From Flavobacteriaceae bacterium (GTDB lineage Bacteria > Bacteroidota > Bacteroidia > Flavobacteriales > Flavobacteriaceae): a stretch of 32,000 bases of DNA. The stretch covers positions 3,030,001-3,062,000 of the forward strand of contig OZ245049.1 in NCBI GenBank assembly GCA_965224465.1, in the 5' to 3' direction. Of the stretch, positions 30,090 to 32,000 are shown one piece after another. The first letter of the stretch is position 1. Every line of letters starts with the position of its first letter. Position numbers and translations under genes: made by a program. The notes under the pieces are model-generated. The model was not told where the DNA came from. It searched no databases and saw nothing but the letters and a program-made list of their open reading frames with translations.

Positions 30090-32000
30090 TACTTGTTCAA
30101 AAGCTGCTTTTACTTGCTTCTTTTTGCTTTCAGGAACGGCATTATACATTTGTAAATAGAGGTTCTTAAACACGATTAACGAACCTGTATTATGGCGTAT
30201 ATAATCTTTTATAATTGTATTAAAAATATCAAATCCAATACGATTGCTTAAGGCATACAGTTCATAGGTTCCTTTGTTTTCTTCGAGGTAGCTAGATCCA
30301 TCAGCAAAAATTAACGGTGGTTCTGTATTTGCTTCATTCCCACGACCTTTCTCATACGTGTTTTTCTTTTGTGTTAGATAGTCTGATACTATTTCTTCTC
30401 CGAATTTTTGCTTTATCATTTGTAATGCAATGGCTTGTGGTAAGGCAGTATTTAACATTTCTGCTCCTTGTACATTGGCAAATCCAATGTTAGAAAGTAG
30501 TTGCTGTTTTATCAGCTGCGTTATCACAGAAAAATAGAGGTAACTTTCTTCTTTCTTTAAACTGGTATCTGCTCTCCATCCTTCTTTTTCAGAAATAAGA
30601 ATCAAATTAGAATTTGTATAAAAAGGAGCTCCATAATAGGGGATTTCTGCTATGTTTATCTCTTTATATGGAAGTTCTCCTAGATTTTTCTCGACAAACT
30701 GCAGCCCTTCACGGATCACTTTTTTATAGAGATCGATATTAAAACCATTTGTTTTTTTATACCAAATATGTGTATCTATATCTTTATAAGTAATTTTTGT
30801 GTTTATATAATCAGAAGATACTATATGGATGTCAAAATCAGTAGGGTTGCTAATTTCATAATGCACATAATTCCGATTGTTCTCCGTCCATCTTTTAGTT
30901 GTTTTTCCTATTGATATTGCTTGTTGATCTATGGAAGTACTCACGGTAATTTTCCCAATTACTTTGCCGGCATCTATAGAAAAGTAGTTTTGATTTAACG
31001 CTTTTAGGTTGTTGAGAGCTGGCATTTTAGAGCTTATTTTTTCCAATAGATGAGCCCTTCTTTTTTTGTTTTCGTCGAGCTCTTTTTTAGAATTGTAACC
31101 AAATAAAGGAAAAATATCTCTGTTTATTACAGAGCCGTTAAAGGTCAAGTCCCCCTGTGGATCTGTAGGTGAAAAACCATGATATTGTTTCGAAGCTTTT
31201 AGGCTACACTGGATTTCATCATTTGGAAGTAATCTTTTTGACAAGGGGTAGGCGTATATATTATGTTCTTTATCCTCCCAGCCAACAGATAGCACAGTAT
31301 TGTTGACCTTTAGTTCTTGGATTGTCGTAAAATCGGATACATTTAGGTACAGTGTATCTATAGCAAGCTGACTTTTATTTTTTAATTGAAAGATAGAAGT
31401 ATAGCTTGCTTTTCGTTTATTTGGGTAGAGATCAATATGGATATCTATGTTGTTAATAATGGGTTGAGAAACAGTCTCTAGGTGTTTGTATTTCACTTCA
31501 TAATCAGCGTGTTCTTTTTCTTGGCTCTCTATGGTTTTATAATTACCATTTATTTTCCCTGAAATAAAGGATTGTAACACAAAAAAGAGGATGACCATAC
31601 TGGCAGCGATACTTTTTCCGAACCAGTTGAGCTGATCACCTCTAAAGCTTAGCTTTTTTAACCATTCTTTTTTAAGACCACGTTGCCAAAAATAGATTGC
31701 GCAGAGCATTAGAAAAACAGCGAATGTAGCCCACACCATAAAATACCAAAAAGAGCTGGTAGAAAAAATACCGTAGCCCGCAATTTCAGAGAATTCTTCT
31801 AGCCCAGGAATTCCGATCAATACAGCAAGTCTGTGATCTTCGATAACACCTAAATCAAATGCGATAATAGAGAAGATAAAAATCCCAATAGATAGGATAT
31901 GAGTTAGAAATCTTTTCCCCGTAATTCCTGCTATAAAAAACGGCAAGGTTATGATACTTAAGTAGGTAAGCCATCCGAATTTATAGCCTAAAAGATCTTG
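30054..32000 (-). CDS. Membrane-anchored M1 (gluzincin) aminopeptidase-like protein with substituted metal ligands; 5' end off-window
   Basis: The frame stays open from 31946 to the window edge (..QDLLGYKFGWLTYLSIITL before the TTG in the ORF track). The N-terminal part has several hydrophobic helices. SVITQLIKQQLLSN..x..LNTALP aligns position for position with the M1 signature VIAHELAHQWFGN..x..LNEGFA, but H,E,H,E are replaced by Q,L,Q,T (QLIKQ at 30504-30518). Confidence 0.45.
   Translation of the reverse strand, partial: QDLLGYKFGWLTYLSIITLPFFIAGITGKRFLTHILSIGIFIFSIIAFDLGVIEDHRLAVLIGIPGLEEFSEIAGYGIFSTSSFWYFMVWATFAVFLMLCAIYFWQRGLKKEWLKKLSFRGDQLNWFGKSIAASMVILFFVLQSFISGKINGNYKTIESQEKEHADYEVKYKHLETVSQPIINNIDIHIDLYPNKRKASYTSIFQLKNKSQLAIDTLYLNVSDFTTIQELKVNNTVLSVGWEDKEHNIYAYPLSKRLLPNDEIQCSLKASKQYHGFSPTDPQGDLTFNGSVINRDIFPLFGYNSKKELDENKKRRAHLLEKISSKMPALNNLKALNQNYFSIDAGKVIGKITVSTSIDQQAISIGKTTKRWTENNRNYVHYEISNPTDFDIHIVSSDYINTKITYKDIDTHIWYKKTNGFNIDLYKKVIREGLQFVEKNLGELPYKEINIAEIPYYGAPFYTNSNLILISEKEGWRADTSLKKEESYLYFSVITQLIKQQLLSNIGFANVQGAEMLNTALPQAIALQMIKQKFGEEIVSDYLTQKKNTYEKGRGNEANTEPPLIFADGSSYLEENKGTYELYALSNRIGFDIFNTIIKDYIRHNTGSLIVFKNLYLQMYNAVPESKKKQVKAAFEQVIPTKTQNDRYK

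Noticed and set aside
1169-30092. Calling the region between the inverted repeats a mobile genetic element or genomic island
   Set aside because: No integrase, transposase, tRNA target or clear target-site duplication is visible, and base composition looks similar inside and outside by eye. I report it only as a repeat-bracketed region.
1-32000. Search for rRNA, tRNA, CRISPR arrays, toxin-antitoxin or defence-type gene pairs
   Set aside because: I found no regularly spaced direct repeats, no cloverleaf-like GC-rich segments and no small paired ORFs outside the annotated genes. The only tandem repeat is the 3 x 9 bp coding repeat at 6719-6745.

Overview
This is an AT-rich bacterial window with Bacteroidota/Flavobacteriia-like traits: A-rich leaders with no Shine-Dalgarno motif, a lipobox lipoprotein, and a TAnnTTTG-type promoter box. 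About 26.5 kb (3092-29535) is a hybrid fatty-acyl-AMP ligase / type I PKS / NRPS biosynthetic gene cluster. It is organised as two convergent operons that meet at a shared hairpin near 18030. The minus operon encodes FAAL-ACP (29535-27418), a 2871-aa KS-AT-ACP-Cy-A-PCP-Ox-dock-Cy megasynthase (27415-18800) and a type II thioesterase (18788-18039). The plus operon encodes a half-Cy/A(MT)/PCP NRPS (3092-6757), a saccharopine-dehydrogenase-like reductase, a PchG/Irp3-type thiazolinyl reductase fused to a SAM methyltransferase, a VOC-like protein, a dock-Cy-A-PCP-TE terminal NRPS (10976-15916), a MATE exporter and an Sfp-type PPTase. All three A domains carry cysteine-type specificity codes. Together with three Cy domains, one Ox domain and a thiazoline reductase, this predicts a fatty-acyl/beta-keto-capped thiazole-thiazolidine-thiazoline product. 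That is pyochelin/yersiniabactin/micacocidin-like chemistry with a lipid-PKS cap instead of salicylate. Several features are unusual. One module is split across the two operons: an orphan C-terminal Cy sits on the megasynthase, and a half-Cy remnant sits on a free-standing A-PCP. A TubC_N-type docking domain is buried inside the megasynthase. Matching acidic EGE[IL] tails occur on the carrier protein and on a stand-alone reductase. The reductase is fused to a methyltransferase while both A-embedded MT domains look decayed. The terminal TE has Cys instead of Ser as nucleophile. The cluster is bracketed and punctuated by a small repeat family that includes a 65-bp, 61/65-identical inverted pair at 1172-1236 / 30025-30089. 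The flanks encode a beta-helix/cytochrome c protein (5' partial), a GH114-like lipoprotein, and a membrane-anchored M1-peptidase-like protein whose zinc ligands are all substituted (5' partial). I saw no rRNA, tRNA, CRISPR, transposase or integrase.
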